Assembly (NCBI GenBank): GCA_038087875.1
Contig: JAXLNO010005313.1
Coordinates: forward strand, 186,001-250,000
Length of the DNA: 64,000 nucleotides
Source: Malacoraja senta
Lineage: Eukaryota
Reading direction: 5' to 3'
A program made the translations under genes and the position numbers. Positions within the stretch are counted from its first letter, which is position 1. Every line of letters begins with the position of its first letter. The notes below the pieces were generated by a model. It was not told where the DNA came from. It saw nothing but the letters and a program-made list of their open reading frames with translations, and did not search any database. This document shows, piece after piece, positions 11,955 to 23,835 of the stretch.

Positions 11955-14180
11955 CATAGAAACATAGAAAAATGGGTGCTTCGACCCTTCAAGTCAGCAC
12001 CACTATTCAATATGATCATGGCTGATCATCTAAAATCAGTGCCCCGTTCCAGCTTTTTCCCCATATCCCTTGATTCCTTTAGCCCAAAGGGCTAATTCTA
12101 ACTCTCTCTTGAAAACATCCAGTGAATTGGCCTCCACAGCCCTCTGTGGCAGAGAATTCCACAGATTCACAACTCTCTGGATGAAGACGTTTTACCACAT
12201 CTCAGTCCTAAATGGCCTACCCCTTATTCGTAAACTGTGACCCCTGGTTCTGGACTTCCCCACCATCTGGAACATTTTTTCTGCATCTAGCCTGTCCAAT
12301 CCTTTAAGAATTTTATATGTTTCTATAAGATTCTCTCTCATCCTTCTGAATTCCAGTGAATACAAGTCCAATCGACCCATTCTTTCATCATATGTCAGTC
12401 CCGCCATCCTGGGAATTAACCTGGTGAACCTACGCTGCACTCCCTCGATAGCAATAATGTCTTTCCTCAAATTAGGAGACCAAAATTGCACACAATACTC
12501 CAGGTGCAGTCTTATCAGGGCTCTGTACAACTGCAGTAGGACCTCCTTGCTCCTAAACTGAAATCCTTTTGCAATGAAGGCCAACATGCCATTAGCTTTC
12601 TTCACTGCCTGCTGTACCTGCATGCTTACTTTCAGTGACTGATGTACAAGCACACCCAAGTCTCGTTGCACTTCCCCTTTTCCTAATCTGACACCATTCA
12701 GATAATAATCTGCCTTCCTGTTGTTGCCACCATAGTGGATAACCTCACATGTATCCACATTATACTGCAACTGCCATGCATTTGCCCACTCACCCAACCT
12801 ATCCAAGTCACCCTGCAGCTTCATCGCAGCTCACATTGCCACCCAGCTCTGCGTCAACCGCAAATTTGGAGATGTGACATTTAATTCCCTCGTCTAAATC
12901 GTTAATATATATTGAAATTAACTGGGGTCCCAGCATCGAGCCTTGCAGCACTCCACTAGTCACTGCCTGCCATTCTAAAATGGTCCCGTTAATTCCTACT
13001 CTTTGCTTCATGTCTGCCAACCAGTTTTCTATCCATGTCAATACCCTACCCCCAATACCATGTGCTCTAATTTTGCGCACTAATCTCTTGTGTGGGACCT
13101 TGTCAAAGGCTTTTTGAAAGTCCAGATACACCACATCCACTAGCTCTCACTTATCCATTCTACTTGTTACATCCTCAGAAAATTCCACAAGATTAGTCAA
13201 GCATGATTTCCCCTTCATAAATCCATGCTGACTTTGACTGATCCTGTCACTGCTTTCCAAATGCGCTGCTATAATATCTTTAATAATCGACTCAAGCATC
13301 TTCCCCACTACTGATGTAAGGCTAACTGGTCTATAATTCCCGGTTTTCTTTTTCCCTCCTTTCTTTAAAAGTGGGGTTACATTGGCTACCCTCCAGTCCA
13401 CAGGAATTGATCCAGAGTCGAGAGTACATTGGAAAATGATCACCAATGCATCCATAATTTCTAGTGCCAACATGCCAGTACTCTGGGATGCAGTCCATCA
13501 GGCCGTGGGGATTTATCTGCCTTCAGTCCCAACAGTTTACCTAACACCATTTCCTGACTAATGTGGATTCCCTTCAGTGCCTCCCTCCCACTAGCTCCTC
13601 GGTCCCCTAGTATTTCTGGGAGATTGTTTGTGTCTTCCTTAGTGAAGACAGAACCAAAGTACTCGCTTAACTGTTCTGCCATTTCTTTGTTTCGCAATAT
13701 AAATTCACCTATCTCTGAGTGTAAGGGACCAACATTTGTCTTCACTAATCTTTTCCTTTTTACATATCTAAAGAAGCATTTAGTCAGGTTTTATATTCCC
13801 CGCAGGCTTTCTTTCACGCTCTCTTTCCCCCCCCCCCCTCTTAATATACCCCTTTGTCCTCCTCTGTTGAGCTCTAAATTTCCCCCAGTTCTCCGGTTTG
13901 CTGCTTCCTCTGGCCAATTGATATGCCTTTTCCTTGAATTTAAAACTATCCTTGATTTCCCTCATTAGTCACGATTGAGCCGCCTTTCCTGTTTTATTTT
14001 TTCGCCGGACAGGGATGAACAATTTTTGGAGTTCATCCATGCGGTCTTTAAATCTTTGCCATTGCATCTCCACCGTCAACCCTTTAAGTATAATTTGCCA
14101 GTCTATCCTAGTCTATTCCTGTCTCATACCTTCAAAGTCTCTTTTCTTTAAGCTCAGGACCCAAGTCTCTGAATTAACCG
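11955..14180 (-). mobile_element. CR1-type LINE, 5'-truncated (~2.2 kb, RT domain to tail)
   Basis: [75 protein letters not shown]; (ATAGAAAC)n tail ~11956-11970. Broken into several ORFs. Confidence 0.95.
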
Positions 14181-14384
14181 TCGTAGAATTGACTACTTTC
14201 TTGTACCATTTTCAGATTGATAGAAGCTTTTCCTGCTTTAGCGACACACAACATGGAGGAAATGGTTCCTTTGGCCCGCTGAATCCGCACATGCTTTCAA
14301 GCTCCTACCTGCCCCAATTCCATGTTTCTTCTCCAACTCCTACTCACCACAATATTCCTGTCATCCATTCAAGGACATTTTTCT

Positions 14385-14547
14385 GACCGGCCTGCACATC
14401 ATTGTGATTTCATAAAAAACTGGGCCATCCAGAGAAAACCAGCACAGTCACAAAGGGAACGTGCAAATTCCATTCAGCCCGCGGAAGAGGACTGAACCCA
14501 GGCCACTGGAGCTGAGGCAGCAGTGTTAACCACTGTGCCACTGTGCT
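14385..14547 (-). mobile_element. Degraded HE1/V-SINE-type SINE
   Basis: Reverse complement of the SINE head (gcacagtggcacagtggttaacactgctgcctcagctccagtggcctgggttcagtcc). Confidence 0.6.
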
Positions 14548-14670
14548 AATATTATTATGATATTACATCTTTATTGCTAAAAAAAACCCCACAAGCTTGA
14601 AGGTCCAATCCAACAACTCATACAGGATGGAAATTTGGCCTGGCTATACACACCAGTTGAATGAATCATT

Positions 14671-14880
14671 AAGAAAGAACTGCAGATGCTGGTAAAATCA
14701 AAGGTAGATACAAAATGCTGGAGAAACTCAGTGGGTGAGGCAGCATCTATGGAGAGAAGGAATAGGCAACGTTTCGGGTCGGTTTCCATCTGAAGAAGGG
14801 TCTCGACCTGAAACATCGCCTATTCCTTCTCTCCATAGATGCTGCCTCACCCGCTGTGTTTCTCCAGCATTTTGTATCTA
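14671..14880. mobile_element. Palindromic Penelope-like insertion with a hammerhead motif in the loop
   Basis: Arms 14705-14781 and 14804-14880 are reverse complements; CTGAAGA-AGGGTCTCGACCT-GAAA-C-ATC at 14790-14817. Confidence 0.8.
14790..14817 (+). ncRNA. Minimal type-I hammerhead ribozyme motif (PLE-associated), best-preserved core in the window
   Basis: CUGAAGA core, extra A, stem II GGGU-CUCG-ACCU, GAAA, NUH triplet AUC. Helix I and III pairing are weak, so activity is uncertain. Confidence 0.6.
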
Positions 14881-15610
14881 GCATGTTTAACATGTTCACT
14901 TAGGACAAAGTAAATGAGGCTTCTGAAACTTAAGAAGTGATTAATGACTGTAACCTCTCTTCGAAGGATCACAAACCAGCTGTGAGAAGCAGAAGGTCAG
15001 TGTCCTCAAACACTTCACCATGTCTATAATGCTGTGGAGAAATGCCGAACATCTATGCAAGCTGTTCTCTGCGACTGATATACTAAATGCATTACATGAA
15101 GGGTGCTTTGAGTGCAGCTATGTTCTGAATTCTTGACCCTGCTTCTTACACTGCCCCAACCAATCAAATCCAGCAAAACTACAGAAACAGAATTAGATCT
15201 TCTTCCTGGACACTTGCCAGTGCTATCAACTTAACTGAATTTGGAAATGTACGCTCAGAAATTTTAATAAGTTGTAGCAGAATGAAAAAGTGCACAGTGG
15301 TTTAAACTTGGTCTGCATAATAATATAGAATATGGGACTGATGCAGCTAAAAAGTGAAGTCTGATTGTTCTTTGCAGTTGTCAATCTGCTGTTTTTGGCA
15401 TCTAATGTGAAAACTCCGTCGTGCAATTTGCGATAATATTTTATGTGGAAAAATAGTGTCATTCAAGGCTATGTTTCAGTTTCCGTTTTCAAGTTGTTAA
15501 ACACAACCTTGACATTTGACCAGATAGTTCTCGATCATTTCTTCATTTAACAAAGTGCTTACAGAAAAGACCAGTGGCTAAAATGATCATTCTAATGAAG
15601 GGTTTATTTA

Positions 15611-15820
<210 letters not shown>

Positions 15821-16204
15821 TCAACAGACAAGAAGATTATGACAATACATTACAGCAAGTTTGGCAAAGTACGGATTGAGTTGATTTTTGTGCAGTACCA
15901 ACATGACATATAGCTTGAAGATAGACACAATATGCTAGAGTAACTCAGCAGGGCAGGCAGCATCTCTGGAGAGAAGGTATGGTTGATGTTTTGGGTAGAG
16001 ACATTCTTCAGATGGCTTGTCTTTTCTGATTCAACACTGGATGGATTCACATGCATTTCCTTTCTCTTTATGTTTTGGTTACAACTGATCACTTATTACA
16101 AACTCTTGTGCAAAATTGTCAATCTGTAATCTTTGCAAACCTTTGTCCCATTGTTCAGCAAACACATTTGTTAATGATTTACAAAGCAATTAACAAAAAC
16201 CATA

Positions 16205-17308
16205 CAGGGTCTTGGTGAGACCACACCTGGAGTATTGCGTACAGTTTTGGTCTCCTAATCTGAGGAAAGACATTCTTGCCATAGAGGGAGTACAGAGAAG
16301 GTTCACCAGACTGATTCCTGGGATAGAAACATAGAAACATAGAAATTAGGTGCAGGAGTAGGCCATTCGGCCCTTCGAGCCTGCACCGCCATTCAATATG
16401 ATCATGGCTGATCATCCAACTCAGTATCCCGTACCTGCCTTCTCTCCATACCCTCTGATCCCTTTAGCCACAAGGGCCACATCTAGCTCCCTCTTAAATA
16501 TAGCCAATGAACTGGCCTCGACTACCCTCTGTGGCAGAGAGTTCCAGAGATTCACCACTCTCTGTGTGAAAAAAGTTCTTCTCATCTCGGTTTTAAAGGA
16601 TTTCCCCCTTATCCTTAAGCTGTGACCCCTTGTCCTGGACTTCCCCAACATCGGGAGCAATCTTCCTGCATCTAGCCTGTCCAACCCCTTAAGAATTTTG
16701 TAAGTTTCTATAAGATCCCCTCTCAATCTCCTAAATTCTAGAGAGTATAAACCAAGTCTATCCAGTCTTTCTTCATAAGACAGTCCTGACATCCCAGGAA
16801 TCAGTCTGGTGAACCTTCTCTGCACTCCCTCTATGGCAATAATGTCCTTCCTCAGGGATGTCAGGACTTTCATATGAAGAAAGACCGGATAGACTCGGCT
16901 TGTACTCGCTAGAATTTAGAAGATTGAGGAGGGATCTTATAGAAACTTACAAAATTCTTAACGGGTTGGACAGGCTAGATGCAGGAAGATTGTTCCCGAT
17001 GTTGGGGAAGTCCAGAACAAGGGGTCACAGTTTAAGGATAAGGGGGAAGTCTTTTAGGACCGAGATGAGAAAAACATTTTTCACACAGAGAGTGGTGAAT
17101 CTGTGGAATTCTCTGCCACAGAAGGTAGTTGAGGCCAGTTCATTGGCTTTATTTAAGAGGGAGTTAGATGTGGCCCTTGTGGCTAAAGGGATCAGGGGGT
17201 ATGGAGAGAAGGCAGGCACGGGATACTGAGTAGGATGATCAGCCATGATCATATTGAATGGCCAAATGGCCTACTCCTGCACCTATTTTCTATGTTTCTA
17301 TGTTTCTA
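16205..17308 (+). mobile_element. CR1 3' fragment (host), interrupted at 16324/16855
   Basis: [15 protein letters not shown]...RLIPG (16205-16324) resumes as MSGLSYEER... at 16855; (TTTCTATG)n tail at ~17287-17308. Confidence 0.92.
16325..16854 (-). mobile_element. CR1 3' fragment nested antisense inside the host CR1; GGGAT duplicated
   Basis: Tail (ATAGAAAC)n at ~16325-16345; ORF 16421..16873 is nearly identical to ORF 16858..17229; GGGAT at 16320-16324 and 16855-16859. Confidence 0.92.
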
Positions 17309-17509
17309 AATACTTTGTAGTCCAAAGATAGTTTGAGTCAAGCGAAACAGCATTGCATTATGAATTCTCACTCTGATGAGAATATCGAGCCACCCAGCTC
17401 CACGGGATAACTGCCTTCTCCCTTTCAGAAATCAGTCCAATGCATCTTTGTTGCTCTGACTCCAAGGTATTGTTCTACAAGTAAGAAGATCAAAGGCACA
17501 CTCAGTGTT

Positions 17510-17955
17510 ATAGAGTCATAGTCTTACAGCGTGGAAACAGACTCTTCGACCCAACTTGTCAACACCATGTCCCATCTTCTCTAGCCCCACCTGCCTGCAT
17601 TTTGCCCACAGTCCTCTAAACCTGTCCTATCCATGCACCTGTCTAATTGTTTCTTAAACATTGCGATAGTCCCTGCCTCAACCATCTCAACTGGCAGCTT
17701 GTTCCATACACCCACCACCCTTTGTGTAAAAAAGTTACCCCTCTCAGATTCCCATTAAATCTTTTCCCTTTCACCTTAATCCTATGTCCTCTGGTCCTCG
17801 CTTCCCCACTTTGGGCAAGAGACTCTGTGCATCTACCCAATCTATTCCTCTCATGATTTTATACACCTCTATAAGATCACCCCTCATCCTCCTGCGCTCT
17901 AAGGAATAGAGTCCTATCCTACTCAAGCTCTGCCTATAGCTCAGGCCCTCGAGCC
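17510..17955 (-). mobile_element. CR1-type LINE 3' end (different subfamily)
   Basis: GEARTRGHRIKVKGKRFNGNLRG motif; atagagtcatag-type tail. Confidence 0.8.
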
Positions 17956-20900
17956 CTTCTGTTTTTAATTACTCCCTCAACCAGTCTGTTACTTTTCTGT
18001 GATTTATGTTCAAGGATAATACAAATTTCCCTGCATTCTAACATTTTATTATTTCTCAATTTCTAAAAATGTATCCATGTGTTTCATGCTTAAACAAGGC
18101 ACTGAGCACATTTATCTTGCGCCTCCTACTTTGCCCACACATTATCAATAAAACACCAGAGGGTCTACTGCTCCTTAGTGCTAACACTGATCTATTTAAT
18201 CAGTTGGTCGGGAGGGGAATACATATGAATACTAAAAATACAAAAACAAAAATCAAAGGTTATCAGCTTGCCAAGTGCCAATACATAGTTCATGATTGCT
18301 CAGCCGATGAGAGTATTCAGTTTTATTGGTGCTAGGCTATGCTGGGAGGCACATACAAAAAATACACCTTCCATAAAACCTGGGCCATAACAATAGGCTC
18401 AATAGTCATCTCAATTTAACACATATTATCTGCCAAGGAGACAACTGGCATGCTCATGATTTTAATCTAAATTGAGGTTGCATACTTGTCACCTTCTCCA
18501 AACCAGCTGTGCAAAGCACAATGTCAGTGCCTTCAAACCCCTTAAAGTGTCTATTATCTCCATGGAGAAATGCTTATCCCCTATTCAAGCTGACCTGAGT
18601 GATAACCATATAACCATATAACCATTACAGCACGGAAACAGGCCATCTCGGCCCTTCAAGTCCGTGCCGGATTGATGTACTAAATGTATTGCAGCGATGT
18701 TCTGGTATCTTCACTCTATTTCCTACTGCTCTAACGAAATAAATTAATTAGAAATTATGGAAACAGAATCAGATCTCTGTCCTGAAAACTTCCCAGTACT
18801 GTTAATTTCAACAACTTTGAATCTTTACTTATCCTGCTTAATTCTCCCATTCCCAATCTATCAATTTATTTTCCCATTAATTATCATGGTTCCTTGTACT
18901 TGACGGTTGCATAAAACACAACTTTCATCTATTTCCAATATAAGAGAAAATTTCCAATAAGAGCAAAGTCACTACTTTTATAAAGCTTGGAATAATGTAC
19001 CAACACTTCTGACACAAGCACAATGGGCTCTTCAACTCTCTTCATTTCACACAATATCACAAAGGCCATTTTACTTCAATTGCAATGTTGGATGTGCTCA
19101 GCAGATATAGTAGCTCTGGTGAGAAAAGCTGTTGGACAATTACTTTTTCGTTAGATCTGGATAGTCATTATTGACAGTTAAGAAATTTGCTGGCAAAGCC
19201 ATTCTTCTTTACGGAGGTTCTTGTTTTTTCCCTTCAGCTTCACAAATTTAATTCACTTCCAACATGCTTCACTTGTCCCTCAGATATCTTTCTTATCATC
19301 ATCCTACTCACTATGGTCTTGCGCCTACCACCAACCCTCCAATCAATTTCCTGACTCTGTGTCTATGATCAGTTCTGCTGGCCTCCTCCCTGAACCCAAT
19401 AAAATCCTCCTCAGATTAGTACAGGTGTCAGGGGTTATGGTGAGAAGGCAGGAGAATGGGGCTAGGAGGGAGAGATAGATCAGCCATGATTGAATGGCAG
19501 TAGACTCGATGGGCTGAATAGCGTAATTCTACTCCTATCCCTTATGGTGCCTTTTTGAAAAAATACTGTGTTGGGGACAGTGCATTTTTGATGACTGGCA
19601 TTGCTGAATTAAAACAAACAATAATATGGGAATTACAGTATTATTGAAAAGGTCTGCATGTGTTGGGTGGAATGCAAATTTTAGCACGTTCTCCTAAGAC
19701 TCTTTATTTTTCCTACATTTATATATTTTTACTGTATGGTTTCCTTGGTGACGAATATCAGATAATTTAAGTACTTTATGAAAGTTTGTCTTGGATTCGC
19801 AAATACTCTGAACAAAACCTGACATGGATGTACGTCAAGCTGCATTGCAAGATAGCCAGAATGACTGCAAGATACTTAATCTTTGCTGCCAGCATTATGG
19901 CAAGTGGGGTGGATATGTAGAAATTGTTTACACTGAGCCACGGTAGGAAAACTGGAGAAACAGTAAGATAAGGAAACCACAAACCGCACAGCATAAAGGG
20001 ACCACGGCATTTAACTTTTTTTCCACCGATCTATGAATACATATTTGAAAGTAAGTCAAACCAAATAAAGTCCAACTAATATTTAACTTCAAACGTTAAA
20101 AAAAATTCCAAAGAAGTTAAAAACGTCAATACCTCTGCCAATTACGTTAGTCTAAAAAAAATCGCCAATGGACCATCACCTAGCAAAATACATGCACATT
20201 CAATTAGATGATTACAAAAAGTAGCAAGGTCAGGTTTCCTATTCACTCATTGACTAGATAATCTTGTTTACAGAAAATCTCCATGGTCACCTCAGTTTTA
20301 TCTTATCAGAGACATCTACCTCCCCCCCCCCCCCACCCCGCCACACTCCCTGCAGTTTAACCAGCTTCTTCTCTCTCCTTCCCAGTTCTTCGACCTGAAA
20401 TGTTAACTCTGTTTCTTTTCACATAGACGTACCCTGACCAGTTGAGCATTTCCAGCATTTTCTGCTTTCATAATTAGATGGCACAAACAATCATTACTTT
20501 CACTTATCCTCACATAAATGCCTACTTTAAAAGTTTGTTTTATGAAGTCTCTGCACCACTCAATATGAATTGCGCAACAATAAATTTTACCTGACAGGTT
20601 TCATAAACTATCATCCATCTGGATTTGAATATGATCTCTTAGTTATGTTTTGCCAACCAACATACAGCTTTTGTACAAGTTATGCAAGGCAGTTGACGCA
20701 GCAGTCCATTTAATTTTATTATTAAAACAATCTCTGATACATCTGAAATCCCCAAGCATATTTCCACAGCAGCTAAAATACAAACTCAATTAATAAAAGA
20801 TTAGTTCACCAAGATCAGTTAACTGCAACGAGAACGTTGTTTTACAAATATATTTCCGTTTTTTTCTGCTCAGTACTGGTAAAAATCATATCACGAATAT

Positions 20901-21059
20901 AAAACCTGAAAATGTTGGTAAGCAGCAAATGCGGAGAGAAACAGAGTTCAGAAAGGGCACAGATCTCAACCTTGTCTCTCTCCACCGAAGGTGCCTGATT
21001 TGCTGAGCACTTCCAGAATTTTGTTTTTATCTCTGAATTTCAGCATCTGCTCTGCAAAT

Positions 21060-22185
21060 AGAAACGTGGAAAATCAGCACAGGAGTAGGCCATTAGGCCC
21101 TTTGACCCAACACCGCCATTCAATATGATCATGACTGATCATCCAAAATCAGTACCCAGTTCCTGCTTTCTCCCCACATCTCTTGATTCCATTAGCCCTA
21201 AGAGCAATATCTAACTCTCTCTTGAAAACATACAGGGAATTGGCCTCCACTGCCTTCTGTGGCAGAGAATTCCACAGATTCACAACTCTGGGTGAAAAGG
21301 TTTGTCCTCATCTCAGGCCTAAATGGCTTACCCCTTCTTCTTAAACTGTGACCCCTGGTTCTGGACTCTCCCCTCTTAAGAATTTTACATGTTTCTATAC
21401 GATCTCCTCTCATCTAAATTCCTGAGAATATAAACCCAGTCGATCCATTCTTTCATCATATGTCAGTCCCGCCAGCCCAGGAATTAACCTCAATAGCAAG
21501 AATGTCCTTCCTCAACTTAGGAGACCAAAACTGTACACAATATTCCAGGTGTGGTCTCACCGTGGCCTTGTACAACAGCAGTAGGACCTCCTTGCTCTTA
21601 TACTCAAATCCTCTCGCTATGAAGGCCAACATGCCATCAGCTTTCTTCACTGCCTGCTGTACCTGCATGCTTATTTTCAGTCACTGATGTACAAGGACAC
21701 CCGGATCTCGTTGCACCTCCCCTTTTCCTAATCTGACACCATTCAGATAATAATCTGCCTTGTTCTTTCCACTAAAGTGGATAACCTCACATTTATCCAC
21801 ATTATACTGCATCTACCCAACCAACCTATCCAAGTCACCCTGCTGCTTCATAGCATCCTCCTCGTAGCTCACACTAGCACCCAGCTTTGTGTCATCAGCA
21901 AACATGGAGATGTTAGATTTAATTCCCTCGTCTAAATCGTTAATATATATTGTAAATAACTGGGGTCCCAGCATTGAACCTTGCCCCACTTAGTCACTGC
22001 GTGCCATTCTAAAAAGGACCCGTTAATTCCTACTCTTTGCTTCCTGTCTGCCAACCAGTTCTCTATCCATGTCACTGTCCATGTGCTCTAATTTTGCACA
22101 CTAATCTCTTGTGTGGGACCTTGTCAAAGGCTTTTTGAAAGTCCAGATACATCACATCCACTGGCTCTCCTTTATCCATTCTAAT
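21060..22185 (-). mobile_element. CR1-type LINE with internal deletions
   Basis: Collinear with 11955-13160 ([30 protein letters not shown]). Confidence 0.9.
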
Positions 22186-23519
22186 GTATGTACTAAATTC
22201 CTATAAACACATTATCTAGATACCTAATGGTACAATTAAAAAAACTCTGGATTAAGTTGATAGTTATAGCTTGAACACTGTAACAATATGCATTAATTGC
22301 TTTACATTTACGAGTTACACAATGTATTTAAATTACCTAATAAGATGACAATAGGAATATTTAATTATGCACACTAACGTCAACAACATTAAAATTCTCA
22401 TATTTGAAACATAATCATTCTGCTCACCAGGCCAGGGAATACAGAAAACTAATTAAAAATCTGTTTAATGGAACGGTTATGTGCATTCAACCCTAGAAAT
22501 AAATGGAACCAAAAGCCAGAGACAGAGTTGTCTATATCAGTACACTGTGCATCGGGCATGTGCAACTGAATTTTTATTGCATACAATTTGACTCAACGAA
22601 GAAGAAGATGCAGGTACAACAATGGTGACATGGATATCAATCAACAAATTATGGGCAATTAATACAAAATATAATTATAGACGGTATAAATCTGAAAACA
22701 AAACAAAACACTGGAAACACTCAACCGGTCAGGTAGTATCCGCAGAGAGAAAAACAGAATTAACATTTCAGACCAAAGTTGTTTACCAGTTTTGATGAAG
22801 GGTCTTCGACCTGATTTATAAACTTAGGTTCTACGCTGCCAGACCTGCTGAGTGTTGCAGTATTTTGTTTTTATTTTAAAGCTTAGACAATAATACTGAG
22901 GGTATTACTATCTGATATGGTTCTGAATTTGAATGTTTTCACAACATTTCAATTATATCCTCCTTACTCTTAGTCTTAACAGCTACATGTTTCATTTCAT
23001 TTCATTATATTCACGTGTAGCAATTCAAATTATATATGAAATGTTGGTCTCATTGTTCTTTCATAGTTACTTCAGAAAGATTCACCCACTCACATGAGAA
23101 AAAAATGTGCTTTAAGTCGAAATATATTTCTCTCTTCACTTTCATTTTTCTGTCGGCTCTTTCCTTAGCTATCCAATTTTGTTTTCCATCTGGCTTCTCT
23201 CATATTCTTTCCTGCCTATTTTGGCTGGTATTCCCAATCACAGCTGCCAATCTTGAAACAAGGTTAGCATAAACACCTGTGAAGCGGTGGTTGGTGGATT
23301 CAGGGCCTACAGAGTTTTACTGAGACTGGTGATGCAGTCCCAGATGGACATTTAAGTGGAATTTTGAGAGTATGTTTGCCTGTCAAAAAATGTCTATTAA
23401 CTGAGATGCAAGGAGTCAGATGACTCTGTGGAAAGTGTTGGGGAATTCCCTTCATAATTCACTTAACAGTTATCCTCGAACATTTTTTTTTAGATATTTA
23501 GACCCTAGGTCCAGTCATT

Positions 23520-23835
23520 GGACTAGTTTCACTGTCGTCCTGGTGAGTTTCATTGTCTGTATAGCTCGTTTTCACCTACCCCACAGCTAACAATGGACAG
23601 TTTCCTTGATTATCGTTACTTTTTTGCATATCTTTCATTTCTTTATACTATATTTCGCTATGTCACTATCTATATCTCTCATTTCACTTTACCCTGACTC
23701 TCAGTCTGAAGAAGGGTCTGAACCCAAAATGTCACCCATTCCTTCTCTCCAGAGATGCTGCCTGTCCCGCTGAGTTACTCCAGTATTTTGTGTCGATATT
23801 CGGTGTAAACCAGCATCTGCAGTTCTTTCTTACAA
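23520..23835 (+). mobile_element. Penelope-like 3' terminal region with decayed hammerhead (23706-23733)
   Basis: Matches the 3'UTR/terminal repeat of the elements at 28372 and 52938; CTGAAGAAGGGTCTGAACCCAAAATGTC. Confidence 0.8.
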
